A DNA stretch of 64,000 bases. It comes from an uncultured bacterium (lineage in GTDB: Bacteria; Babelota; Babeliae; Babelales; RVW-14). Made by a program: the position numbers and the translations under genes. The stretch spans positions 32,001-96,000 of the forward strand of contig CAVXAT010000004.1 of NCBI GenBank assembly GCA_963759805.1. Reading direction: 5' to 3'. A model generated the notes under the pieces. That model had not been told where the DNA came from and did not search any database. It saw nothing but the letters and a program-made list of their open reading frames with translations. Positions 50,318 through 59,605 of this stretch are shown in pieces (position 1 is the first letter of the stretch; each line of letters opens with the position of its first letter).

Positions 50318-51370
50318 ATGCTTTATTCAAGCACAGTTCTAAAATATCCAGTCTTAACATTGTTGTCTAGAGGCAAGAGAAGCTTCGAAAATATGGGATT
50401 ACTAATTCAGCGAAGTGGTGACACTGTAAAAAGGTTGCTACATCCAGCAGCGCACAGCTTCAATGTATCAAGAAGCATTTGCCAATCTATGTTTGCAAAA
50501 AATGAAATTTTATGTGTAGGCATTGATGATACCTTGTTGCGAAAAATTTATTCGAGATTTATGCAGGGTGCTGGAATGTTCTTTGATACGAAAATTGGTC
50601 GCAGTATCATGGCTTACAAGTTGGTGATTGGCATAATCACAGATGGTAAATTTGCAATCCCAATCGATTGTGCGTACATTTTTGCAAAAGAAATTCTCGA
50701 TTCAATCGACGAAAAATTTCCAACAAAAGATGAAATTGCAAAATCATTTGTAAAAACAGCCATAAAACTTTTCCCAGACAAGAAAATAATTGTGGTTGTT
50801 GATGGACTTTACACATCAGTCGAGTTTGTACGATGGTGCAAGCTCGAAAACATCAAACTGGAGGCTCGAATGCATAGCAATCGCGTTGTTGAATACGATG
50901 GCGAGCGAATTAAAATCAAAGATCTTTTGAAGAAAAATGGATTGCGGCCCTTGGGCCGCCAGATGGCTCGTACAATATCTGTCGCTTGGCATTCAATTGA
51001 TCTAGAGCTTACAATCGTGCGTCGTTTTGACAAAAAAGGCAGAGAATCGATTGTCTTTCAAGTGGCAACATATAAAGCTTTGCCTCGTGAACATGTTGCA
51101 AACTATAAAAAACGATGGAAAGTTGAAGAGCTGAACAGAACCACAAAACAAGAAATCGGGTTGCAAGAATGTTTTTCTAGATCGCTTGAAACACAGCACA
51201 ATCATGTAGCGTCTGTGCTTTTGGCTTATGCGTTTGCCCAGCTGGAGCGCAAATTTTCTAGACTTGATAACGTAGAACAAGCGCTCAGACGGTTTGAGAC
51301 GAAAACTGTGAACTTTTTAATTGATAGATTTTCTAGATTTTCAAAGGGCTTTCAGCACTTTGATGCGTGA
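50318..51370 (+). CDS. DDE transposase (IS701-like)
   Basis: IDDT...K, VVVDGLY, Y..RW.VEE..R..KQ.IGL motifs. Confidence 0.9.
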   Translation: MLYSSTVLKYPVLTLLSRGKRSFENMGLLIQRSGDTVKRLLHPAAHSFNVSRSICQSMFAKNEILCVGIDDTLLRKIYSRFMQGAGMFFDTKIGRSIMAYKLVIGIITDGKFAIPIDCAYIFAKEILDSIDEKFPTKDEIAKSFVKTAIKLFPDKKIIVVVDGLYTSVEFVRWCKLENIKLEARMHSNRVVEYDGERIKIKDLLKKNGLRPLGRQMARTISVAWHSIDLELTIVRRFDKKGRESIVFQVATYKALPREHVANYKKRWKVEELNRTTKQEIGLQECFSRSLETQHNHVASVLLAYAFAQLERKFSRLDNVEQALRRFETKTVNFLIDRFSRFSKGFQHFDA

Positions 51371-51877
51371 GTCCTGTAATCATAACGTTGCGCAATGTAA
51401 GCGTTACTGTGTCATCGATAAAGAGTTGTGAGTTTGCACCAAGGACAATTGTATTGCCATTGCCATCCAACACTGCGTTGTTACTCACGTGAACAACTGT
51501 GTTTGCAGGGATGTTCCAGTTCGAACCTACCAACGTGTTTGGAACGCCAGGATAGTTTATTATTTTATTTGAACCTTGAGCAATTGGATTTTGAGCATCT
51601 AAGATCAGGTTATAATCGCCCAAGCCTGCGTTTGCAGCGTTGGCAATTATCGAGTCGATTTGCCAACCTGAAATCGTAGCCGGCTTAAATCTGATTTGCG
51701 AATTGCTGTTCTTCAAAATAAATCGTGCGTTGTCGTTGTTAAAAGTCAAAGTTGCGTTAATTATATCTACACAGCACAAAGTCGTGAGCACCAAAATATA
51801 TCTTAATTTAACCAAAGCAATCTTCATCTACCACTTCCTTTCCTGCTTTTTTTAGTTCCTAATTCTATATTTTATAA

Positions 51878-53999
51878 TTAACTTACATTGTCGTAATTTA
51901 TAATTCCATCAACTACTGCATTTGTTCCTGCGTACATACCAATATTCAAATCATAATTTGATCCTAACGCCGAGTTGCCAAAAACAATTGAGTTGGTCAG
52001 GGCTTGGATTTGCGTTTCATAGCTCCAGTGCAATGCCTGTACCTGCAACTCCTCAAATGATGGTGAATTGGCAACATTACCGGCAATAGCCAAAAAATTG
52101 TTATCTGGACTGAATGCAATACCACGAGCATAAGTTGAAGTAAAGTAAAATGTGCCAATTGAGGAAAGTGTATTCCTCACAAGTTGACAAACAGTAGCGT
52201 TATATGTCGGCGTTGTTTGATCTTGTCCGCAAAATGTCACGTAACGACCGGTTTTATCCCAGGCACAAGCATATCCCTGCGCACCGGATGCAGCTGTTGT
52301 AAGGGTAGCAACACTGTACTAATGCACTACCGGTAAAATAATGCACCCAACCCATAGTTTGTGTCCCCGCAGTTGTTCCAGTTGCCAAAAATCTTCCATC
52401 CGGACTCCAAACAGTATCAGAAGCACTGGTAATAGTGTAACTATTAAGCAGAGGCAAAGACTTTCCCGTAAATTTGTATATCGAAAGATTATTCGCAGGG
52501 TTAGAACATGCAGCAATAGTTTGCCCATCAGGATTCCAAGATGCACCATAGCCATCGCCTCCCAAAGATGCTGATATAACAAAATTAAGAGAAATTCCTG
52601 TAAATGCATAAATAGCTAATTGATTTGAGCTCCAATTAGAAGCAACAGCAAGATAGCGTCCATCAGGACTCCAACGAGCAGTCCAGGCTGTGATACCAGA
52701 ACCCGATACAAAAGCTATCTGTGCAAGAGTTGTTCCGTTAAAAGAATAAACTCTTACATAGGTATTCGATGAATCCAGTCCGGCACATGCTAAATATCTT
52801 CCATCCGGGCTCCAACTAACTCCAAGGCAAGAGTTTGCCCATATCGCAGTTTGAGTAATAGGGGTAAATGATGTTCCATTAAACCCTAGAACTACAAATC
52901 TGACAGAGCCGGCAGGCCCACTATCAACACCAAAGGCTATGTATCTTCCCGAAGGATGCCAATCAACACAAGCGGCTCTTGATGATGCCTGCCAGTTAGT
53001 AACGGTAGTAGAAAAGTCAGCAAGTCGAAATGCTGCGGCACTTGTCATTGAAACTTTGTTGTCAAATAACAACTGCCCCTTGGTTAAACGAAATCCGGTA
53101 TATGTTGATTTAAGGGTGCAACTGTTTAAATAAAGCTGACTTGTCGGATCGGACATAAACAATAAATCTTTTGCCAAAAGTGAAGGGGTCCCGGTTGTGC
53201 TAGGATAAAAATCAAGTGTTGTTCCAACATCAAAGTACAATTTTGCCCCTGATGTTATAAAACTTGGTTGGCATGAGCGATAAAAGAATGCTGACGTACC
53301 GGTTACAGCAACATCATTATGAACAAACATGCTGCCTTGATTAAAATAAAAATCGTTGGGAAGATCAAGCTCAGCATTATCAAGACAAAGTTGGCTTTTA
53401 GAAGATGCACACTGGATGGCAGGACTCCCCGGACTGTTCAATGTCCCTTGCACTATCAGATTTTTCAGCGTCAGCGTAGCACCGGTATCAACAAAAAGCT
53501 GTGCTCTGTTACCCAGTAATAATTTATGTCCATTCCCATCAATAACAATTCTGTCGCCTATGTGAATAACCTGTCCGGCAGGAATCGTTAAGTCTCCTTT
53601 TAAAATAAGCGCTCTGTCGTAACCATAAATGTTTCCGCCGGAAGAAAATGTAGCTCCATTATCCAGGGTTAAATCTGATTGAAGAAAAATCGTATTTGTT
53701 TGACGCAAATCAATGGCACCGGAGACGGAAAGACATGTGTCCATAAAAACACAGGAGCCATGAGTACGGCCAGGTCCTGTGCTTACAACAGTAACCGTAA
53801 ATCCATTATCCATTCTGACCACACCAGAAGCAAATTGCTGATCATAAAAAACGTTATTAAAAGGTTGAAATGCGTAATAAGGCGGCGTAGTACCCGAACC
53901 GCCCAGACTTCCGGCAGATAAACTAAAAAAATACATTGCTGTAAAAATCACGACTCTTGTTAAAAAAAATAGCATCATTTTTTTAGATACAAACTTCAT
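51878..53999 (-). pseudogene. secreted beta-solenoid + 7-blade propeller protein (706 aa reconstructed), +1 frameshift
   Basis: Deleting one base at about 52313 (GTA CAG T GTT) joins the 581-aa and 120-aa ORFs via VATLTTAASGAQGYACAWDKTGRY; paralogous to the downstream giant gene. Confidence 0.85.
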
Positions 54000-54547
54000 T
54001 TCAACTTCCTTCTCTCTCTCTTTTTGAAAAATATTATCCAGCGACTTATAGAAAAAATATAGTCGCAGTTGTTTTTATGCAAGTTTTTTGTAAATCAGTA
54101 TTATAAATCAGTAATAGAAGCGCCTTATCAGGACTTTGTCTACACATTTAAAACATTGAATTCTACAGCATTGGTGTAAAAAATTTGAATATGATTTTGA
54201 GCAAAATCATCAATGGTGCATACCAAATTTTTGCTTTGACGTTCGTTTTATTTTTTCCTGTGGTCAACGTAAATTGTATGCTTCGACTTGTTCTTTTGCA
54301 GACAAATTCATATTGCTTACTAAAAAAACAGTCTCCCATCCACCAAAACGCTTTTTTCGTTTATATGCGGTAAAAAAATAAGTCTTGACATAAAGTTTTG
54401 CTTTGATTGTTTTTTCTCTGGAATTGCGCGTTAACTTTAATATTTTTTATGTATGTACCCCATATCGCGGAGATGGTGTGAGAATATGGAAAGAACATGT
54501 GGGTGTTACAGGTGCATATCTTAAAATGGTCCATGGCTTATCGAGTC

Positions 54548-55207
54548 TTACTCAAACAAGCTTTTTTTGTTCAACTTTTTCCAATCTTTATCAAACGTTT
54601 CCAATCCTTGGGTTGATAGTGGATGTTTAATTGCTTTTTCAATTACCTCAGCTGGAACTGTGATAATGTCTACGCCTGCATAAGCCAGCCTTTGCCATTG
54701 ATATACATTGCGAATTGACGCGGCCAAAATTTCTGATTTGAATCCATAGTTTTGTTTTATTGTCACAATATTTTCGACAAAATCTACTCCGTCTTTGCCT
54801 ATATCATCCCAACGCCCTACGAAGGGAGAGATAAATGTTACGCCTAATTTTGCAACCAACAGCGCCTGAATCTCTGTAAAAACAAGTGTGACGTTAATTT
54901 TTACTCCGTCGGAAACAAGTTTGTGAATTACAGAAAAATATTCCGGCATGCATGGGATTTTTACGACAACGTTTTTAGCCAAATTTGAAATCTCTTTTGC
55001 TTGTTTGTAAACTGCATCCGGGTTATTTTCTACGACTTCTATGCTTACCGGACCCTTAACCATGCTGCAAATGTCGAGTAAAACCTTTTTGGTGTTTGAA
55101 TCCTCTTTGCTTAAAAGTGTTGGATTTGTTGTTACTCCGTCAATAAGCCCGGTTTCAGTCCATTTTTTAATTTGTTCGCGATTGGCAGTATCAAGAAATA
55201 TTTTCAT
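54548..55207 (-). CDS. tal: transaldolase (TalC/MipB small family)
   Basis: IFLDTAN, GVTTNPTL, VSIEV (Glu), VVVKIP (Schiff-base Lys), SPFVGR (Phe, transaldolase-type rather than FSA Tyr), LAASIR. Confidence 0.9.
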   Translation of the reverse strand: MKIFLDTANREQIKKWTETGLIDGVTTNPTLLSKEDSNTKKVLLDICSMVKGPVSIEVVENNPDAVYKQAKEISNLAKNVVVKIPCMPEYFSVIHKLVSDGVKINVTLVFTEIQALLVAKLGVTFISPFVGRWDDIGKDGVDFVENIVTIKQNYGFKSEILAASIRNVYQWQRLAYAGVDIITVPAEVIEKAIKHPLSTQGLETFDKDWKKLNKKSLFE

Positions 55208-55354
55208 TTAAGGATCCCTTCCGATTTTATCAAAATTTTTTACATGTTTGATTTTCTTTGATTCGACAATATTCTATCACTATTAATTTATTATTAAAGT
55301 TTTTGGCTTTAAGGAAATTCAGTAATATTTTTTTAGAATATTAATCTAAATTCA

Positions 55355-57178
55355 CTAGAAAGTTGCCTCCAGGCCGAGTTTAATAAATTGCGCAATAAAG
55401 TTTCCGCGAACCTCGGTGTCGTAATGCGCAGAAAGTGACCATGTTTTTTGGAACAAAACGTTGAAGCCAACACCCCAAGTCCCATAACTGCCTTCTTTGT
55501 TCATTCCCGTGGCATAAAAACTGCCTGTAGGACCGGCAAGTTGAGCGCGTATGATCCCGTTATTTAGCGATATATCATTGATCCAGGCGACAGACATGAG
55601 TGGAATAACTCTGACGGATTGATTAATATCAAATACTGGGTTAACATCGATGCCAAGATATGTACGCAATGTGTGAGTATTAAATCCTTTAACATGTAAA
55701 TCCAAGCTTTGAGCGCCAAATTCTTTAAAATGATTTTGTCGATTGAATAAATATGAGCAGCGAAAAACTGGAGCGACGGTATCCCAAAATGTTTTGCCTG
55801 CCTGCAGATGTATTTCGACATCTTCTCCGTTTGGATGGCTGCTTGCCTTACGATTAATATCATAAAAATTTATACTGCGGGAAACTGAATTCCAATCAGC
55901 GCCTCCACAAATTGCACCATCTATGAAAAATGAAGCTGGGTAGTAAGATGCGTAAAAACCAATTTTTGCATTTTCTCCATGAGCTTTACCCGGAAAACCC
56001 CTCCATGAGATATCATCCCATGTGCCAGCGGCACCGATTCCGAAAAAAAGATGTGGTTGCGCTTCTATATCAACGCATGCAAATATTCCTCCAAACTTGG
56101 CGTCAAATTTGTTGTAAATGCTTTCATTTGTTTTACTGTCAAATTCTCCTATACCTTGTATCCAAAGATTTATTTTTGAATTGGATTTACTGTTTCCGGG
56201 CTCTGATGGATCAAGTCCTAATCGCCTTCCCCTTCTGTGAGGGTTTGCGTCAAGAAGGGTGTTGCCAAAAAGTAGAGCATTGCGAAAACTCAGAAATGAA
56301 ATAGCTCCAAATTTCTCAGGGCTGATTTGATTAAGGGCATTGCGAAGTGGATGTGGACCAAAATCTACATAGTTTAAATAATCAAGTGAATTATATACGT
56401 TTTCAAGATCAGAATATGCCTGAGGAATAAAAGTATCCAGATACGCTGCAACTCTTCCCGCATTACCACCTCCGGCTAACGGTCTATAGGAAAGAGCGAT
56501 CTGTCCAATTGGTTGTCGGTGGATGCGTGTGTCTGGTCTTGTAAACATGTAAGTAGGAAAGTAGTTGGTTGGTACAGTTACAAAAGGTTTAGGGACATCA
56601 GCAACTAGTCGATTTTGTACCCCACCCCCATCACCCCAGTTGTGGAGTGGGTCTCTGATGGGGCCGGCAATTCCGGTCCAAAGAACGTAGCTATTTCCAG
56701 TGCTAGGGTCCGGTGAGGCGGGCATTTGCACATTAACAATAGCTATTGGCTCTTCAGGTAATGCAAAGATGTCTCTGATTTGAGCGGGTGTTTTCCCGCG
56801 AATATATTCAGAACGCATGATCCATGCACCATTATTACCACTTTTTGGCGTGCCGATCATTCGTACAAAATGTTGGGGTTGGGTTAATATAATTTCGGTG
56901 GCAGGATAACGAATATCGTAAGGAGCTGTCTCAGGGATTTCTTCTGAGTCCCATTGCGCACAGATATAATTGAGCTCTCCTATTGGAGTTGTTGGTATGG
57001 GAAAATGGTCCGGATGTGGTGGTTGTATCTGGAATGGGAGATCCCCCGTTATGTTCCATGTTCTGACAAGTGTGCCGATTGGTTGTGTGACATTTTGTGT
57101 TACTGCCCAGATTTGCTTTGCCTCAAAGCTGATTGCTATAAAAATGCCTAAAAAGCATAAAATTTTTTTGTTACTCAT
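55355..57178 (-). CDS. autotransporter-domain protein with small passenger
   Basis: Signal peptide, ALNQISPE linker, W..G.G barrel start, E.GA..L.L motif, C-terminal LEATF. Confidence 0.88.
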   Translation of the reverse strand: MSNKKILCFLGIFIAISFEAKQIWAVTQNVTQPIGTLVRTWNITGDLPFQIQPPHPDHFPIPTTPIGELNYICAQWDSEEIPETAPYDIRYPATEIILTQPQHFVRMIGTPKSGNNGAWIMRSEYIRGKTPAQIRDIFALPEEPIAIVNVQMPASPDPSTGNSYVLWTGIAGPIRDPLHNWGDGGGVQNRLVADVPKPFVTVPTNYFPTYMFTRPDTRIHRQPIGQIALSYRPLAGGGNAGRVAAYLDTFIPQAYSDLENVYNSLDYLNYVDFGPHPLRNALNQISPEKFGAISFLSFRNALLFGNTLLDANPHRRGRRLGLDPSEPGNSKSNSKINLWIQGIGEFDSKTNESIYNKFDAKFGGIFACVDIEAQPHLFFGIGAAGTWDDISWRGFPGKAHGENAKIGFYASYYPASFFIDGAICGGADWNSVSRSINFYDINRKASSHPNGEDVEIHLQAGKTFWDTVAPVFRCSYLFNRQNHFKEFGAQSLDLHVKGFNTHTLRTYLGIDVNPVFDINQSVRVIPLMSVAWINDISLNNGIIRAQLAGPTGSFYATGMNKEGSYGTWGVGFNVLFQKTWSLSAHYDTEVRGNFIAQFIKLGLEATF

Positions 57179-57191
57179 GTTTCCTGCCATT

Positions 57192-57304
57192 TTTGTCATG
57201 CTGAACTAGTTTCAGCATCCATGGATGAATTTATTCCAAATTTCTGCAATGGGGCAATAGGAACAACTAATCCATGGATCCTGAAATAAATTCAGGATGA
57301 CAAA
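57192..57304. repeat. inverted pair of REP-like elements (family B)
   Basis: tttgtcatgctgaactagtttcagcatccatggat ... atccatggatcctgaaataaattcaggatgacaaa. Confidence 0.85.
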
Positions 57305-57558
57305 TCTGTGATCGTAAGATATTTTTGACACGCGTGGCCCCTTTTATAAATTATCGAGTTCACGTTAATTAAATAAAGTTTGCAAAAATTTTGAAGTCCA
57401 AGACAAGTATTTAGCAAAAAATTGCGCAAATTGCGATCTGGAGCGAATTTTACTATTCCGTTTTATGGGCATTCCCATAACTAAAATATTTCGTGTTAAT
57501 TTTTTTCCAAACAGTTAAAATGTTTTATGAAAACTTGTGATAAGTTGAAAGGAGTCAA

Positions 57559-58620
57559 ATGTTTTTGAAGAAAATTATAACAGTAGCATTGTTGATGTTT
57601 ACGTCTTATTTACAATCGGAAACAGACAAAAATTCATCTGTTTTCGATTGTGAGAAATATAAAGCCAACACTTTGCGTCTTCTTGCATCCGGTAAAAGTG
57701 CCGTAGGTCATGATATGAGTGGGGGAAGGTTTGGTGATAGCCTAATATGCTACTTACATGCCAAATGGATCTCATATAAATATAATATTCCATTACTTTA
57801 TTATCCATTCGAGTATTCAGAAAAATTGGTTTTGTCTGATGCTGAGTTGTTAGTAACTGTTGGTAATTCAATTACCCTAAAAAGAGAAAAACCAACTGAT
57901 ATAGAGCCAATTACTAAAGTAGTGCTAGTCGATACTATAACAATCCGTCCGGATGATGGAATTTTATACATAGTGCCCTGGTTTCCCGAATCGATACAGG
58001 AGTATGAGCGAATAGAAGATGGACGTTTTTATTTTTATGTTAATTGGAGCGATGAGAAGTTTCTTGCAGAAGCCCGTAAATTTATAAGTCCAAAAGGTAA
58101 GTTAGACTTATTATCGCTTCCGTCGGACAAAATTACCGTTGCCGTTCATGTTAGAAGAAATAGTAATGGCTTTGATTTAGCGCTATCTTTTGATGAAAAT
58201 TTGAAAGTGAAAGAGGGACGCCAGTTTCTTGATGATTACTATCCATTCAAATGTGTTGATGACAATTTTTATATATCAAGTATAAAAAAACTATCCGAAT
58301 TATTCCCAAATAAATCGATCTATATTTATATTTTTACGGATGACAAAGATCCTGAAAAGATTGCAGAAAAATATAAAAAAGCGCTTAACAATCCTTTAAT
58401 TACATTTGATTATCGCCATGATAAGCATGATCACACAGTGCATGTCTTGGAAGACTTTTTTTCTATGTTGCAGTTTGATTGTTTAATTCGTTCTGATTCC
58501 AACTTTTCTCTGGTTGCTTCAAAGTTGGGTAATTATAAATTTGACATATCCCCGGCAGGTTATCAGCTAAAAAACAATCATCCGGTTATTGTCCGTGTGA
58601 ATATTTCTACAAAACTTTAA
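57559..58620 (+). CDS. GT11 (alpha-1,2-fucosyltransferase-like) protein with signal peptide
   Basis: GGRFGD, AVHVRR, YIFTDD, D.LI...SNFS motifs. Confidence 0.72.
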   Translation: MFLKKIITVALLMFTSYLQSETDKNSSVFDCEKYKANTLRLLASGKSAVGHDMSGGRFGDSLICYLHAKWISYKYNIPLLYYPFEYSEKLVLSDAELLVTVGNSITLKREKPTDIEPITKVVLVDTITIRPDDGILYIVPWFPESIQEYERIEDGRFYFYVNWSDEKFLAEARKFISPKGKLDLLSLPSDKITVAVHVRRNSNGFDLALSFDENLKVKEGRQFLDDYYPFKCVDDNFYISSIKKLSELFPNKSIYIYIFTDDKDPEKIAEKYKKALNNPLITFDYRHDKHDHTVHVLEDFFSMLQFDCLIRSDSNFSLVASKLGNYKFDISPAGYQLKNNHPVIVRVNISTKL

Positions 58621-58637
58621 ACAAAGAAGAAGCAGAG

Positions 58638-59594
58638 ATGAAATTTTTTAGAAATATAAACATTTTATGTTTGTGTTTATGTTTAATGTTTTTGGCAGAA
58701 TGCCTTGGCATCAAAAGTAATAGCAACTTTCTCTCCACATTAAATAAAACCAGTAGTAATGCCTTGCCTGTTGTCGCCAGGAGCGACAGTAATTTTTTAC
58801 CTGCTTTAAATAAAAACAATTCAAATCAGTCGATAGCGATTGTGACTATTTCTACTCCAAATCGCATTTCATTTTCTCAGTACACGCTTAGTTCTTTAAT
58901 AAAATATGCGTCAAAATGGGGTTATTATTTACATTTTTATCCCAATCCACCGGATACATCTCGAAGTATATACTGGGGCAAGATAAAAGTAGTTTTGGAT
59001 TTATTGAAAGAGGGTAAATATGATTGGTATGTATGGTTTGATGATGACATATTTATTACAAACCCAGAGATTTCTATAGGTCAGATTATTAAAGATTGTG
59101 GTCCACAGGTTCATTTTATTATTGCAGCACATAAAACTTTTCCTATACTTGAAAATGATGTGAATTCCGGAGTTTTTATGGTAAGAAATTCTGAGTGGTC
59201 TAGAAATTTTTTACAACAAGTTTGGGAAAGAGGAGATGGGCAGCCTGGCTCTTACATGGAGCAAGGCGCAATATCCGAGCTTATTGTAACAGAAAAATAC
59301 AAAAATTCACCGTATATAGTCAGACTACCAGGAAGAAAAATTCAATCCATTTTGACGCTGCTTTACAAAGGTGATTGTGGTGACTATGGACAGTGGCAGC
59401 CTGGTGATTTTGCAGCGCATCTTGCAGGTGCTTATGAGCGTGCGCGATGTATTATTTGTGAACAATTTGCAACAAATCCGAGTATTTATCCTGTACTTCC
59501 TCCAGCGGCAGAAGCTCTTACTATTAAACAAGAGCCGATAGTGGTAACTGATTGGGAGAGCTTTGCGGCAGCTTGTTCTTTGTCTAACCAATAA
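58638..59594 (+). CDS. GT34 (GMA12/MNN10-like) glycosyltransferase with signal peptide
   Basis: YA.KWGY, WGKI, YDW.VWFDDDIFITN, NSGVFMVRNSEWS..FL, EQ.A, GDF..H.AG. Confidence 0.82.
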   Translation: MKFFRNINILCLCLCLMFLAECLGIKSNSNFLSTLNKTSSNALPVVARSDSNFLPALNKNNSNQSIAIVTISTPNRISFSQYTLSSLIKYASKWGYYLHFYPNPPDTSRSIYWGKIKVVLDLLKEGKYDWYVWFDDDIFITNPEISIGQIIKDCGPQVHFIIAAHKTFPILENDVNSGVFMVRNSEWSRNFLQQVWERGDGQPGSYMEQGAISELIVTEKYKNSPYIVRLPGRKIQSILTLLYKGDCGDYGQWQPGDFAAHLAGAYERARCIICEQFATNPSIYPVLPPAAEALTIKQEPIVVTDWESFAAACSLSNQ

Positions 59595-59605
59595 AAGGAG
59601 TTTTA

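Larger units (their letters stand above)
50211..51376 (+). mobile_element. insertion sequence, IS701/IS4-like, 1166 bp
   Basis: Ends CAGGACT...AGTCCTG; flanking direct repeat TAATCA at 50205-50210 and 51377-51382; single DDE ORF. Confidence 0.93.
43441..51827 (-). pseudogene. giant secreted WD40-like beta-propeller/beta-solenoid protein (2404 aa reconstructed), interrupted by IS
   Basis: Removing 50211-51376 and one TAATCA joins ...LRNVMI to SNSKNF in frame; 21 WSPDG-type blades in three groups of 7; signal peptide at 51827. Confidence 0.9.

Noticed and set aside
51333..51827. Stand-alone 164-aa gene
   Set aside because: It is the N-terminus of the IS-interrupted giant gene; its last 14 residues are read from the IS end
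54185..54630. 62-aa and 75-aa ORFs
   Set aside because: TTG starts, no RBS, no recognisable motifs, and one overlaps tal antisense
57179..57199. Upstream start MTKMAGN for the autotransporter
   Set aside because: That ATG lies inside the REP-like element; ATG 57178 has an AGGA RBS and gives a normal signal peptide
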